A stretch of 15,879 nt of DNA from a virus. Lineage: Duplodnaviria > Heunggongvirae > Uroviricota > Caudoviricetes. The translations under genes and the position numbers were made by a program. Positions 1 to 9,031 of this stretch are shown here, piece by piece (position 1 is the first letter of the stretch; each line of letters starts with the position of its first letter). A model generated the notes under the pieces. The model had not been told where the DNA came from and did no database searches. It worked only from the letters and a program-made list of their open reading frames with translations. The stretch lies in the IMG/VR virus record IMGVR_UViG_2872158770_000005. One strand, written 5' to 3'.

Positions 1-504
1 TTATTGATAGTGTTTTATGTTCAGATAATGCCCGATGACTTTGTCATGCAGCTCCACCGATTTTGAGAACGACAGCGACTTCCGTCCCAGCCGTGCCAGG
101 TGCTGCCTCAGATTCAGGTTATGCCGCTCAATTCGCTGCGTATATCGCTTGCTGATTACGTGCAGCTTTCCCTTCAGGCGGGATTCATACAGCGGCCAGC
201 CATCCGTCATCCATATCACCACGTCAAAGGGTGACAGCAGGCTCATAAGACGCCCCAGCGTCGCCATAGTGCGTTCACCGAATACGTGCGCAACAACCGT
301 CTTCCGGAGACTGTCATACGCGTAAAACAGCCAGCGCTGGCGCGATTTAGCCCCGACATAGCCCCACTGTTCGTCCATTTCCGCGCAGACGATGACGTCA
401 CTGCCCGGCTGTATGCGCGAGGTTACCGACTGCGGCCTGAGTTTTTTAAGTGACGTAAAATCGTGTTGAGGCCAACGCCCATAATGCGTGCTGTTGCCCG
501 GCAT
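1..504 (-). CDS. insB: IS1 transposase InsB reading frame (InsAB' made by -1 frameshift)
   Basis: 167-aa ORF recognised as IS1 InsB; A6C slippery run (rc of 441-449) in the insA/insB overlap; residue 5 is Ser here versus Cys in copies B and C. Confidence 0.9.
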
Positions 505-698
505 CCAACGCCATTCATGGCCATATCAATGATTTTCTGGTGCGTACCGGGTTGAGAAGCGGTGTAAGTGAACTGCAGTTGCCATGTTTTACGGCAGTGA
601 GAGCAGAGATAGCGCTGATGTCCGGCAGTGCTTTTGCCGTTACGCACCACCCCGTCAGTAGCTGAACAGGAGGGACAGCTGATAGAAACAGAAGCCAC
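423..698 (-). CDS. insA: IS1 InsA (transposition inhibitor, N-terminal part of transposase)
   Basis: 91-aa ORF with Cys-rich zinc-finger N-terminus (CPSCSATDG...CSHCRK) characteristic of IS1 InsA. Confidence 0.9.
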
Positions 699-905
699 TG
701 GAGCACCTCAAAAACACCATCATACACTAAATCAGTAAGTTGGCAGCATCACCCCGCCACAGAACAATTATTGCTTTTGCCGTTGATGACAATAAAGTTT
801 TTATCGCAGGCGTATACCACGGTGGGCAAATCTATGAAACCGATTTTTTATCCAGTGCACCGTAAAACCCCCATCCTTCAGGGCGTGGCGGATATCAAAC
901 TTTGG

Positions 906-1988
906 TCATTTTCTCTGGCTGATCTTTACCGGATAACCATCCCGAAGATCAATTAAGTGCTCCGGTTCAGAAGCAAACCATGCATAAGATCCCCACGCCA
1001 ATTCTGGTATTGCCTTTTTAAAAGGCAGAGCACTTCTGTCCATAAATGCCGTAAGGAATGCAAGATTTTTCTCGCTGAACCCAGCGTCAATAGCCAAATG
1101 AGTGAGAGTAACTTTTCGTTCCCTGTTTATAGGCCCATCTGTCGCAACTACTTCAGTGAAAACTACAAGCATGTCCGAACCCGTTCGGTCCTCTCCCAAA
1201 TCAATCAAAATAATATCTGGAAGTGCTTTTGAGGCATCAATATTCAGCCCCAATGCTTTTGCCAATACATCATCCTGAGCAACAACTTTATTCCCGGATT
1301 CAGACAACCAGAGCACAGTTGGATTCTTAAGAAAATTAGGAGCAAAAACTTCGATGACGGCCTTAGCTATTGTACTTGACGGGCCCGGAGCTAAAGTTCT
1401 CTTCTCTCCATTTGGGAAAGTGACGACTACGGCATCAGCAGCAATCACTGCCCCTGATTTCAATAAACGCAACCTAGCAAGAGCGGCTTTGTTCAAATGA
1501 TTTTCTTGCCAGGAACTTATTGCACTCAGCAGCGAATCTCCTTCAAGCCCGGCATCAAAGAGTGCTGCAAAAGAGCGATTCAAACTGTAACGAGGACGAG
1601 AGGATGTGGTGGGTATACCTTTACGCTCAACAATTGCATTGCAAGGTATTAGGCCATTTTTTATAGTTTCATCACGTATTGGCTCACGCGTATTTTCCGC
1701 ATACCATGCATCAGCAGGCCTTATCTTTTGTTTAGAGAAAGTCATCTTTACCCAGCTTTCTCTGGACGCATCATCAGTAAGAGCAGCCTGCGAATCTCCC
1801 ATACTTACAACCTGGCTGGGCCTTATCCATCGCCCCAGCCCCTCAACCGCACCAGCATAAAACATGACAAAAATTGTTTTTGCAGCTATTTCCCGAATTA
1901 AATATCCACGATTCTCAGTCCCTTCAGGGAAAATTAATTGTAATCTTTCCCGGATAACATTCAATGGGGGAACAACAGGCAGATTCAT
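906..1988 (-). CDS. Putative Type II restriction endonuclease (cognate partner of the adjacent methyltransferase; family not assignable from sequence alone)
   Basis: 360-aa ORF directly downstream of the methyltransferase with a 4-nt ATGA stop/start overlap (1985-1988) and a GGAG SD; size and position typical of an R gene. No catalytic motif could be assigned by eye. Confidence 0.5.
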   Translation of the reverse strand: MNLPVVPPLNVIRERLQLIFPEGTENRGYLIREIAAKTIFVMFYAGAVEGLGRWIRPSQVVSMGDSQAALTDDASRESWVKMTFSKQKIRPADAWYAENTREPIRDETIKNGLIPCNAIVERKGIPTTSSRPRYSLNRSFAALFDAGLEGDSLLSAISSWQENHLNKAALARLRLLKSGAVIAADAVVVTFPNGEKRTLAPGPSSTIAKAVIEVFAPNFLKNPTVLWLSESGNKVVAQDDVLAKALGLNIDASKALPDIILIDLGEDRTGSDMLVVFTEVVATDGPINRERKVTLTHLAIDAGFSEKNLAFLTAFMDRSALPFKKAIPELAWGSYAWFASEPEHLIDLRDGYPVKISQRK

Positions 1989-3817
1989 GCAATCATCACT
2001 CCATAGAAACCAGCGATAGTTCTCTCAATAATCCGTCTGTGGACGCCAGCATCAATTAACGATTGAATCTCCATCACCTGCTCCAGAGAAGGCAACGGGA
2101 TTGAATTCAATTCATAGGCCGAAACAGCAACACTTCCGCTTATACACCTGAACGCCCGATCGACAACATGCGAATTAAGTAGCATATCAATAACATCAGG
2201 GCGAACCGCAGAGAACAATCCGTTTGAATATACAATATTAATATGGTTTTCAACTACTACGCCACCAGTTTCATCTATAAATCCCTGAGGTAAAATTGCC
2301 GCTAAAATCCTTCTGTCCTGTTCCTTCGATGTTGTCCGCTGAACAAGCACACATTCAGATTTTGTCACAAGGAAACCCTGTTGTGGGGTTATATCGATAT
2401 AGGGAACATGATTTTTTCTGTCTGCACTAAAACGAAAACCAGCTGAAGTTATTGATTCCGCCCAGACTAATGGGTAGCTATTTTTTCCTTTCGTCGTACG
2501 CAACTGCGACTTAAATCGATTCCAGACTAACTGACCTGTAGAGACTGAGTATCCCAGATCAGCTAAACGCGTAGACATCTGTTTTAATACATTAAGAAAA
2601 CAGGCATCATCTTTAACGCGTGGCAAAAGCCACGTTGCTCCACCTTTTTCTATATCAACATTACCTATTTTCTCAATTTTTGCTTTGTTCAACCCCTTAG
2701 GGACAAGTGAGGATACCTGGGCCCGAACTTTATGTTCTCCCGCCTTGAATGCTGTCAACATTGTTTCCTGGAGAACATCGTCAAAGACCCCATCCCTGTC
2801 AGTGACGAAATCAAGGGCATACGGAGTAGTTTTTTCGGTCAAAAGGGTTCGCAGCGCGGTGAAATACTGCCCACCAAGAAAAGAAGTTGGCGTAAGAAAT
2901 GCAATAACTCCTGTTTTCTCTTTAACCATGCGAACAGCTAAGTCGGTGAACAATCCATATAGATTTGCATGACCAAATAACGAACGAGAATATTTTTCTC
3001 TCGTTTTAATATCGAGAGTGACACGTCCGTAAGGCGGATTCCCTACCACAAGATCATAACCAGAAAATTTATCTTGCTGAAGCGCATCAGCAACAATAAT
3101 TGTATCTTCAGGCAATCTACGTTTTACCTTTACACATAGTGGCATTAGTACAGATTCGAGCAATACCAAACTCATCCAAGCCGCAAATGGATCGATTTCT
3201 ATCCCCTTTAAACGACGACTGATTCTCCTCAACATCCATTCAGGGGAAGACCCCTTGTCTTTTTTTAACATTCGAATGGCTACTGGTGCCAAAAATGCAC
3301 CGCCACCACACGCAGGATCAATAACCGATGCATGAGAAAAATCAACACCAGACTTTTCAGCCAGGTCCAAGAGACGCGCTACCAAAGGTGGGGGGGTATA
3401 GTAAGCCCCCAATTCCGAACGGTAAGCGGATGGCAGCATTACCGTATAAATTGACCCAATCAGATATCCAGCGTCCTCCGCCGGAAATTGAGCAATAAGC
3501 TCACCTGTTCGTTCAGCGAGCTCGCGTGCATCACATGGAATGTCTTCTATGTAAACAGTGTGCGGTACTGCCCTCATTTTAATGCTGCTTTTTTGCTTTT
3601 TTGCAAGGGTATCCCAATATGCAGCTACGATGCTGAAGCAGTATGAGCGGGCATGCATCAACCTTGACTGCCCGGTTTTGTAATTGCCCGCATAACCTTT
3701 GGCCATGGCTTTACAAGTTTGATATCTTTCCAGATTAGAAAACTCATTATCTGTAAAAAAATCAAAATGTTGCACATTCATAATGTAAAATCCTAATGTA
3801 TCAAACATGCGGGCCAT
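1985..3817 (-). CDS. N6-adenine DNA methyltransferase, gamma class (Type II modification methylase)
   Basis: Motif order X-I-IV: GAYYTPP, then DPACGGGAFL (AdoMet binding), then NPPYG (catalytic); about 340 aa follow motif IV, consistent with a target-recognition domain. Alternative start at 3784 (MNVQHF...) has a better AGGA SD. Confidence 0.85.
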   Translation of the reverse strand: MARMFDTLGFYIMNVQHFDFFTDNEFSNLERYQTCKAMAKGYAGNYKTGQSRLMHARSYCFSIVAAYWDTLAKKQKSSIKMRAVPHTVYIEDIPCDARELAERTGELIAQFPAEDAGYLIGSIYTVMLPSAYRSELGAYYTPPPLVARLLDLAEKSGVDFSHASVIDPACGGGAFLAPVAIRMLKKDKGSSPEWMLRRISRRLKGIEIDPFAAWMSLVLLESVLMPLCVKVKRRLPEDTIIVADALQQDKFSGYDLVVGNPPYGRVTLDIKTREKYSRSLFGHANLYGLFTDLAVRMVKEKTGVIAFLTPTSFLGGQYFTALRTLLTEKTTPYALDFVTDRDGVFDDVLQETMLTAFKAGEHKVRAQVSSLVPKGLNKAKIEKIGNVDIEKGGATWLLPRVKDDACFLNVLKQMSTRLADLGYSVSTGQLVWNRFKSQLRTTKGKNSYPLVWAESITSAGFRFSADRKNHVPYIDITPQQGFLVTKSECVLVQRTTSKEQDRRILAAILPQGFIDETGGVVVENHINIVYSNGLFSAVRPDVIDMLLNSHVVDRAFRCISGSVAVSAYELNSIPLPSLEQVMEIQSLIDAGVHRRIIERTIAGFYGVMIA

Positions 3818-4031
3818 AACATCTCATGGTGGCGCATAGCAAACTGGCCCGAAGAATATCACGCACCAAGTCGATCTCATAACCCGTTATGACAATAAAT
3901 CTTTGTAGCTGAACTCACTTGGTGATTTGTCAATCATTCCTGGCCTCCAGTTCGTCCTGAATCTCTTTATCGAGTTCACCGTATTTGTTAGTCCTCATCA
4001 CTCACGACTTGACTTCCAGAAATAACCTTGA

Positions 4032-4445
4032 TTATTCGGGGCTATATTTTGTCACCCTGCGTATCCGCGCTTTCGCATTACGCTCAATCTGGATTAGCTT
4101 TTCTATATTTTTTCGCCTTTCCCGCTCCTCCTGGCGCAAGAGCCTTACATCATCTGCCAGTCTGGTTTCTCTTTTCGCCACAGAGAGCATCCAGTCAAAT
4201 GGCTCCACAACTGCACCGCAAATTTTACAGCGGACCTGACGCTCTTTTTCGTCAACCCGGACAGAAGCGTGATGGCAATATGGTCTTTCCGATGGCTCAT
4301 AAAGAAAATTAACCTGATTACGAGGGTTATCCTCTTTTACCGGAAATAAAACAATATTGCTTAACTCATCTTCTGGTTTTATTTCCATGCTCCTCTCCTT
4401 TGATGCGAATGCCAGCGGTAATTGAAGCCTGATAGCTAATTTCAC
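4032..4445 (-). CDS. Hypothetical prophage protein with Cys/His cluster (possible zinc ribbon)
   Basis: ORF with C-H-H...C-x2-C cluster (CHHASVRVDEKERQVRCKICG). Track start at 4445 is GTG; an in-frame ATG at 4388 (MEIKPEDEL...) has a strong SD (AAAGGAGAGGAG). Confidence 0.5.
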   Translation of the reverse strand: MKLAIRLQLPLAFASKERSMEIKPEDELSNIVLFPVKEDNPRNQVNFLYEPSERPYCHHASVRVDEKERQVRCKICGAVVEPFDWMLSVAKRETRLADDVRLLRQEERERRKNIEKLIQIERNAKARIRRVTKYSPE

Positions 4446-4868
4446 TCACAGTACCGCCTCCTGAAAATCACCCTGATAGAAAGCCGGTACACGCTGCATA
4501 ACTTCACTCTTCCGGCACTCGCGACAGATTATGTTCTGATGTCTGTCGTAGCGGCGTATTTCTCCGTCTGGTAATGACCAGATAAGGTCCGGATCAACCA
4601 CAGATGGTTTCTTCAGCTTTGCCCTCGAGAGTTTTTTGCGGGCGTTTTGCCAGTCCTTACGAGCCTGTTCAGACGGGAATAACCCGTAGCCAGAGTTGTA
4701 TACATCCCCACTGGCAACCAGCTCTCTGGCGAGAACGCTTATTAAATATCTTGTCGCCCCGGTTTTAGCTTCCAGTTGTCGTAACGTCTCGCGCCCACTC
4801 TGGCGTACGAGTTCAACAACCTGCCCCTTAATTTTTTCCCGCTCTTCCTGTGTAAATACTTTTGCCAT
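4446..4868 (-). CDS. Hypothetical prophage early protein
   Basis: ORF in operon with neighbours; track start is TTG at 4883, first ATG (MAKVFTQEE...) at 4868; contains a CRECRK motif. Function not recognisable. Confidence 0.5.
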   Translation of the reverse strand: MAKVFTQEEREKIKGQVVELVRQSGRETLRQLEAKTGATRYLISVLARELVASGDVYNSGYGLFPSEQARKDWQNARKKLSRAKLKKPSVVDPDLIWSLPDGEIRRYDRHQNIICRECRKSEVMQRVPAFYQGDFQEAVL

Positions 4869-4883
4869 AAGCGCCCCCGGCAA

Positions 4884-5609
4884 TCACTTTTCCGACACAA
4901 TACGACCGGAGGAATCGACAATCTGTCGAACAATATCCCGGTGCTTGTTCAGCTCCCGCAACGCGGCGCAGACACGCTCCCACTTCTGGACATGACTTTT
5001 CGCCCGACGCAGTTCGCGGTTTGCCATATGCAGCGATGGTAAAACCAGGTCATCCGCTTGCGTTTCGGTGAACGATGGCAACGACTGCACAATGTCCGCC
5101 ACAGTTTCTGTTTTAATTTCTTCCTGTGTTGCAGCTTCCTGTACCGGTAACGCAACACCTGCTGGCTGAGGAAAGACTTTACCATCCGTTTCCGCTATGG
5201 ATGCGGCTTTCGGCTCTGCCGGTAAATCAGCGCCCGGTATGCAGTACCGAAATTTACCGCCCTGATTCACGCGAATCAGACGCCCTTTGCTGATTGCCAT
5301 GGCCAGCGATGAATTCGCCCGGCGGGAGGTAATCCCGAACATCAGTGCCAGCTCATCCGCCGTTTGTGGGCCATGTTGTTCAATCGCCTCAGTCAGCATT
5401 TGCGCTGTCACTTTCGGTACCGGTGACACTGGTTCACTTTCACCAGCCTGAATCAGCCACCACATCGAACCCTTGTTATCCGCTTCACCACGGCGCTTCA
5501 GTTTCCACAGTTCGTTGACCGCATCTTCACGGCTGATTCCAAGGCGGGACGCCACCACATGTGAAGAGGCTCTTTTCAGTGCTTTCAGTGCGTCAAATAC
5601 AGTTTCCAT
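4884..5609 (-). CDS. Hypothetical prophage protein (position matches ydaW-type genes downstream of the DnaC-like gene in Rac-like prophages)
   Basis: ORF with first ATG at 5609 ([11 protein letters not shown]...) preceded by a GGAGGA SD; track start at 5627 is TTG. Gene order as in Rac-like prophages (recalled). Confidence 0.55.
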   Translation of the reverse strand: METVFDALKALKRASSHVVASRLGISREDAVNELWKLKRRGEADNKGSMWWLIQAGESEPVSPVPKVTAQMLTEAIEQHGPQTADELALMFGITSRRANSSLAMAISKGRLIRVNQGGKFRYCIPGADLPAEPKAASIAETDGKVFPQPAGVALPVQEAATQEEIKTETVADIVQSLPSFTETQADDLVLPSLHMANRELRRAKSHVQKWERVCAALRELNKHRDIVRQIVDSSGRIVSEK

Positions 5610-5630
5610 TAAAACATCCTCCAACAAAAA

Positions 5631-6377
5631 TTACTTCACAACTCCCGGAAAGCTGACATTTGAACGCCAGCTATCCCAGTTAAACGTCACCCACCGACAA
5701 CCGTTCATGGTCATGCGGTCCATAATCCTCTCACCAAGAAGCGTGCTCATTGCGGCATGATTCAGGTTTGTTAACATCCCGACACTGCACAGTGATGCTG
5801 TCCGGCGATCAATTATCTGGTGCAATACCACCTGCTCGTTTTTCGTCTCCCGCTGAATGCCTATTTCATCCAGGACCAGCAAATCAACCCCGCAAAGCTC
5901 CTGTAAAAATTTTTCACCGGATTTGCCGTTGTCGTAGCTGTCATGCAACACGCTCATGACATCAGACTCGGTGACGATAATCACGCTGCGCCCCTTCGCC
6001 ATCAGCCGGTTACCCATCGCCGCTGCAAGGTGATTTTTCCCGGTGCCGGTTTTACCGCTGAACACAAAATTCGTGCACCCGGTCATCAGTTCGTCAGCTA
6101 TGGATTTGGCCTGGCTCAGCGCGTATTTTTGCCCGTCGTTCTGCACCTGATAATTCGCAAACGAGCATTTGCTGTGCAGAGGCTGGATGCCCGAACGATT
6201 CAGGATTTTTTCCACCCGCAACTGGCGATTCTGGCGGTTAATCTCCTCGCTGCGTTTTCGTCCTTCAGCAAGTTGCCATTCCCGCCACTCCTCCACCGTC
6301 CGGTACGGTGGAACCGCCCCCTGTGGTGCAAGTCTGTGAATACGTTCAAGAACCCCGGCTGCCGCAATGTTTTTCAT
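5631..6377 (-). CDS. Phage replication protein, DnaC-like helicase loader (AAA+ ATPase)
   Basis: Walker A GKTGTGKNHLAAAMG and Walker B DLLVLDEIG in the arrangement typical of DnaC; lies immediately downstream of the O-like initiator. Confidence 0.85.
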   Translation of the reverse strand: MKNIAAAGVLERIHRLAPQGAVPPYRTVEEWREWQLAEGRKRSEEINRQNRQLRVEKILNRSGIQPLHSKCSFANYQVQNDGQKYALSQAKSIADELMTGCTNFVFSGKTGTGKNHLAAAMGNRLMAKGRSVIIVTESDVMSVLHDSYDNGKSGEKFLQELCGVDLLVLDEIGIQRETKNEQVVLHQIIDRRTASLCSVGMLTNLNHAAMSTLLGERIMDRMTMNGCRWVTFNWDSWRSNVSFPGVVK

Positions 6378-6383
6378 GCCACA

Positions 6384-7448
6384 TCACCCCCTGAATCCCG
6401 GCGGAATTTCGGTATCCGGTTCAGAAATATGATTCACACAACGCTGGTTGTTCGTGCCGCTTACCGGGAGCAACCAGGGGTTTTCAAAATTCCGGTCCGG
6501 CCCAAAAAACGTCGTCGCTCGCTGAACAAATTCCGTTCCCGCTTTCCCGGTCGCCGCCAGGTATCTCGCGTAACGCCTCACACCATCCAGCATGGTCTCT
6601 GGTGGCACCCCCTCGCGCAATCTGGCCTTCCAGGCACTGAATGCGGATTTCTTCGGGTTTGCCCCGGCACGCAACGGGTATTCCCGCCAGACCTGTTCGA
6701 ACACATCCGGATAATCCACTCGTCCCACAGGCTGCCCGGTGTTTTCCGGGGCTACCCGATCGGCTTCCCGCTGAATGGCGGAATCGGCTTCAGGCTGCTG
6801 CAGTTGGAGTGATTGCTCCGGCCTTGCGGTCATCACCTGCTGCACAGCGCCCGAATCGGCTTTCAGCGCATACGCTGAATCGGCTTCCGGTGTCGAGCCT
6901 GCTGGCTGACCAGGATTGACGGTCTGAACATCCCCTGCCTGGTTCGTGGCGTTTTTTACGCCATGGACCATAGTGTTTTGATCTTCTTTATCTGTATCTT
7001 TATCTGTATCTGTCGTGACTCGTCGTGACATGTGCGTGACATTTCGTGACGCGCCGTGACAATCGCCATTTTGTTCCCGCTTTCTTTCCCTCTCTCGCTG
7101 CGCCCTCTTGCGCTCTGCAGGAGATTTTGCGGTTTGCGAAATATTGCCGTTGTCCTCTTTAAGCACCTGGCGTTTTTCCCATCCAGTGATTAAATCACCA
7201 TCAAGTACCCGCCCCTGCATCGTCTGCAAAATTGAATCAATTACCTCTTCTGTCACGTCGAGCGCACTTGCCAAATCTTCTGTCGTGACATCAATGTGAC
7301 CTCGCGTGACATTTCGTGACGCGCTCACCAGGAGGTGGATATACACTGCCATCACTGTTGCAATTGGCTGCCCTGACACCCTGGCAATTGTTCGCCACTT
7401 AGGGTCATTTGGCATGTCATGCCATAATCTGAGCCAGGCGTTAGCCAT
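6384..7448 (-). CDS. Phage replication initiation protein (lambda O-like / YdaU-like)
   Basis: N-terminus MANAWLRLWHDMPNDPKWR and position upstream of the DnaC-like gene; ATG at 7448 with GAGGTGA SD (track start 7454 is GTG); carries internal iteron-like repeats. Confidence 0.7.
   Translation of the reverse strand: MANAWLRLWHDMPNDPKWRTIARVSGQPIATVMAVYIHLLVSASRNVTRGHIDVTTEDLASALDVTEEVIDSILQTMQGRVLDGDLITGWEKRQVLKEDNGNISQTAKSPAERKRAQRERERKREQNGDCHGASRNVTHMSRRVTTDTDKDTDKEDQNTMVHGVKNATNQAGDVQTVNPGQPAGSTPEADSAYALKADSGAVQQVMTARPEQSLQLQQPEADSAIQREADRVAPENTGQPVGRVDYPDVFEQVWREYPLRAGANPKKSAFSAWKARLREGVPPETMLDGVRRYARYLAATGKAGTEFVQRATTFFGPDRNFENPWLLPVSGTNNQRCVNHISEPDTEIPPGFRG
6986..7060. repeat. Tandem 12-bp duplication (CTTTATCTGTAT x2, 6986-7009) followed by five CGTGAC repeats at about 10-bp spacing (7014-7060); candidate replication-origin iterons
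   Basis: Read directly: tgtCGTGACtcgtCGTGACatgtgCGTGACatttCGTGACgcgcCGTGACaat. Lies inside the O-like gene, as ori-lambda lies inside O. Confidence 0.45.
7284..7320. repeat. Second cluster of CGTGAC-type repeats (iteron-like), also inside the O-like gene
   Basis: tgtCGTGACatcaatGTGACctcgCGTGACatttCGTGAC; the 16-mer CGTGACATTTCGTGAC is shared with the first cluster. Confidence 0.4.
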
Positions 7449-7519
7449 ACTCACCTCTTCTGATACCGAATCTTTTTACTCACGAGTTGCCGGGAGCGAT
7501 TCGATATGGCTATTGTCAG

Positions 7520-7945
7520 TCAATGTACTGCCACAGCATTTCCTGCCGGGCCACCACGGTTCATCTGATTGAAACCGGCGATTGCCACTGCGACAAAATC
7601 ATCAGCGTCTCTCACCAGTCGTTCATGCGTCTCCACCAGTTCCCGAAAATAAGCTGAACTGTGGCTGCGCATTCGAGCCACCAGCGGAGGTGGCATTGCC
7701 CTTTCGATCGCAGGTAACAACGCCTGAATTTTTTCAACAGCGTCAGGGGTGTCTTTATCCAGCCAACGGAAAATCTTTTGGGTGTTGAGATAAAGCGTGT
7801 TGTGCTTGCTGTCGTTATGCAGAACCGGAAACGTCATTCCCAGTTCGAAATAAACCCTGGTTATTTCAGCTGCCGGAACTTTTTCACCGTCCGGATGCGC
7901 CCAGGCTTTCATCGCCATGCGGATGTGTTCATGCTTGATTTTCAT
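7520..7945 (-). CDS. YdaT-like prophage protein (Rac-type toxic/regulatory protein)
   Basis: 141-aa ORF starting MKIKHEHI, same size and position as Rac YdaT (recalled); start overlaps the upstream Cro-like stop as ATGA (7942-7945). Confidence 0.6.
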   Translation of the reverse strand: MKIKHEHIRMAMKAWAHPDGEKVPAAEITRVYFELGMTFPVLHNDSKHNTLYLNTQKIFRWLDKDTPDAVEKIQALLPAIERAMPPPLVARMRSHSSAYFRELVETHERLVRDADDFVAVAIAGFNQMNRGGPAGNAVAVH

Positions 7946-8205
7946 GAATCAACCCCCGCCGATGGTTGTGTGTTAGCCTGAAACTCAGCAGGCAAGCCGT
8001 CAGTTGGGTTGGGGTAGGTTTTACTGTCAATCTCATGTGGGGTCACCACCCATCCCGTTGCTTCACACCAACGTAATATTTTTTCTCCTGTAAGTTTTGC
8101 ACGCCCCGTTATAACGTGGCTGACCATCCCTTGGGATGCGCCAACAATCTCAGCAAATGAACTCTGGGTTATATGAAAATGATGCAAATATTCTCCAAGA
8201 TTCAT
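7942..8205 (-). CDS. Cro/YdaS-like HTH DNA-binding protein
   Basis: Helix-turn-helix segment QSSFAEIVGASQGMVSHVITG; divergent from the repressor gene; ATG at 8205 (MNLGEYLHHF...) with SD; track start 8232 is TTG. Confidence 0.65.
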   Translation of the reverse strand: MNLGEYLHHFHITQSSFAEIVGASQGMVSHVITGRAKLTGEKILRWCEATGWVVTPHEIDSKTYPNPTDGLPAEFQANTQPSAGVDS

Positions 8206-8316
8206 AATCCGCCCTATGTGATGTGTTACCAATGCATAATTAATAGCACTGTTATTTTTAAAAGTAAATAGTGATGCTATTTCAAAGTGATTAGCAATCT
8301 TATTAGAATTGGATGT
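8206..8316. promoter_or_regulatory. Divergent promoter/operator region between the Cro-like and CI-like genes (OR-like)
   Basis: Contains near-palindrome AATAGTGATGCTATT (8266-8280), related half-palindrome AATAGCACTGTTATT (8242-8256) and palindrome GATTAGCAATC (8289-8299); possible -35 TTCAAA (8282-8287) and -10 TAGAAT (8305-8310) ending 7 nt before the repressor ATG. Confidence 0.5.
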
Positions 8317-8817
8317 ATGAAAAGAAAATCATTGTCAGACACCGACCTCAACGCCGCCAGAAGACTGAAAGAAATCTGGATGGCAAAGAAATCTCAGTTG
8401 GGATTGACTCAGGAACGTGCGGCGGAAATTATGGGGTTTTCAACACAAGGGGCGGTAAGTCACTACCTAAATGGTCAAACCCCACTAAACCTTGAGGCTG
8501 TTCTAAAGTTTGCTGGCTTACTGAAAGTTCCCCCTGAGTCAATCAGGCCAGACATGGTAGATTTGCTGCAAATTGCAAGGATGTATTGTCGAGAACCACA
8601 GCAAGATAACATAGTCGCATTACCAGCAGACACAGAACAAACAGAGGATGAACTACCGTTTGCCGTAGAGCCGATGGAACGAGATTTAATCCATACGTTC
8701 AGAGCTTTTCCGAAAGAAGATCAAGAACACATGCTTCAGGAGATGAAAGATAAAAAAGAATCAATGGATCGTACGGTTGCGCGGTGGTTAGCTGCACAAA
8801 AAGGCCGTCGCGCCTAA
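8317..8817 (+). CDS. CI-type HTH (XRE family) prophage repressor, RacR/PaaR2-like; no recognisable S24 peptidase domain
   Basis: HTH LGLTQERAAEIMGFSTQGAVSHYLNG; divergent from the Cro-like gene; first gene of the repressor-antitoxin-toxin unit. Start set to ATG 8317 (MKRKSLSDT...) rather than the longer track ORF. Confidence 0.8.
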   Translation: MKRKSLSDTDLNAARRLKEIWMAKKSQLGLTQERAAEIMGFSTQGAVSHYLNGQTPLNLEAVLKFAGLLKVPPESIRPDMVDLLQIARMYCREPQQDNIVALPADTEQTEDELPFAVEPMERDLIHTFRAFPKEDQEHMLQEMKDKKESMDRTVARWLAAQKGRRA

Positions 8818-8836
8818 ATCAGAGGAGATATGTAAA

Positions 8837-9031
8837 ATGAGTACAGTCCTTTCCCCAATGGTTTCAGAATTTGAGACAGTTGAGCAAGAAAATAGTTACA
8901 ACGAATGGCTGCGGGCCAAAGTAGCAGCAAGCCTCGCGGATCCCCGCCCGGCGATTCCGCATGATGAGGTAATGGCGGAAATGGAACAAATTATTGCCCA
9001 AATTGCTGCTGCAACTCACAGAGGTGAATAA
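8837..9031 (+). CDS. Type II antitoxin, PaaA2/ParD-like
   Basis: 64-aa ORF directly upstream of and overlapping (TAATG) a ParE/RelE toxin gene; AGAGGAG SD; sequence matches my recollection of PaaA2. Confidence 0.65.
   Translation: MSTVLSPMVSEFETVEQENSYNEWLRAKVAASLADPRPAIPHDEVMAEMEQIIAQIAAATHRGE

Larger units (their letters stand above)
1..753 (-). mobile_element. IS1 insertion sequence, copy A, cut by window start (about 15 bp of one terminal inverted repeat missing)
   Basis: Near-identical to the two complete 768-bp copies at 10263-11030 and 12276-13043; ends at 753 with the IS1 terminal repeat (ATCAGTAAGTTGGCAGCATCACC); encodes InsA and InsB. Confidence 0.95.

Noticed and set aside
35-325. 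96-aa plus-strand ORF inside IS1 (also at 10312-10602 and 12325-12615)
   Set aside because: Antisense to IS1 insB; not a known IS1 product.
864-890. Possible terminator after the restriction gene on the minus strand
   Set aside because: Only a 3-4 bp stem with a weak T-tract; not convincing.
3818-4031. Controller (C) protein gene or promoter upstream of the methyltransferase
   Set aside because: Only a roughly 22-codon minus-strand ORF without an HTH; no convincing -35/-10 pair, so no call made.
5943-6812. 289-aa plus-strand ORF
   Set aside because: Antisense to the well-supported DnaC-like and O-like genes; Arg/Pro/His-rich composition typical of a GC-rich antisense frame; no SD.
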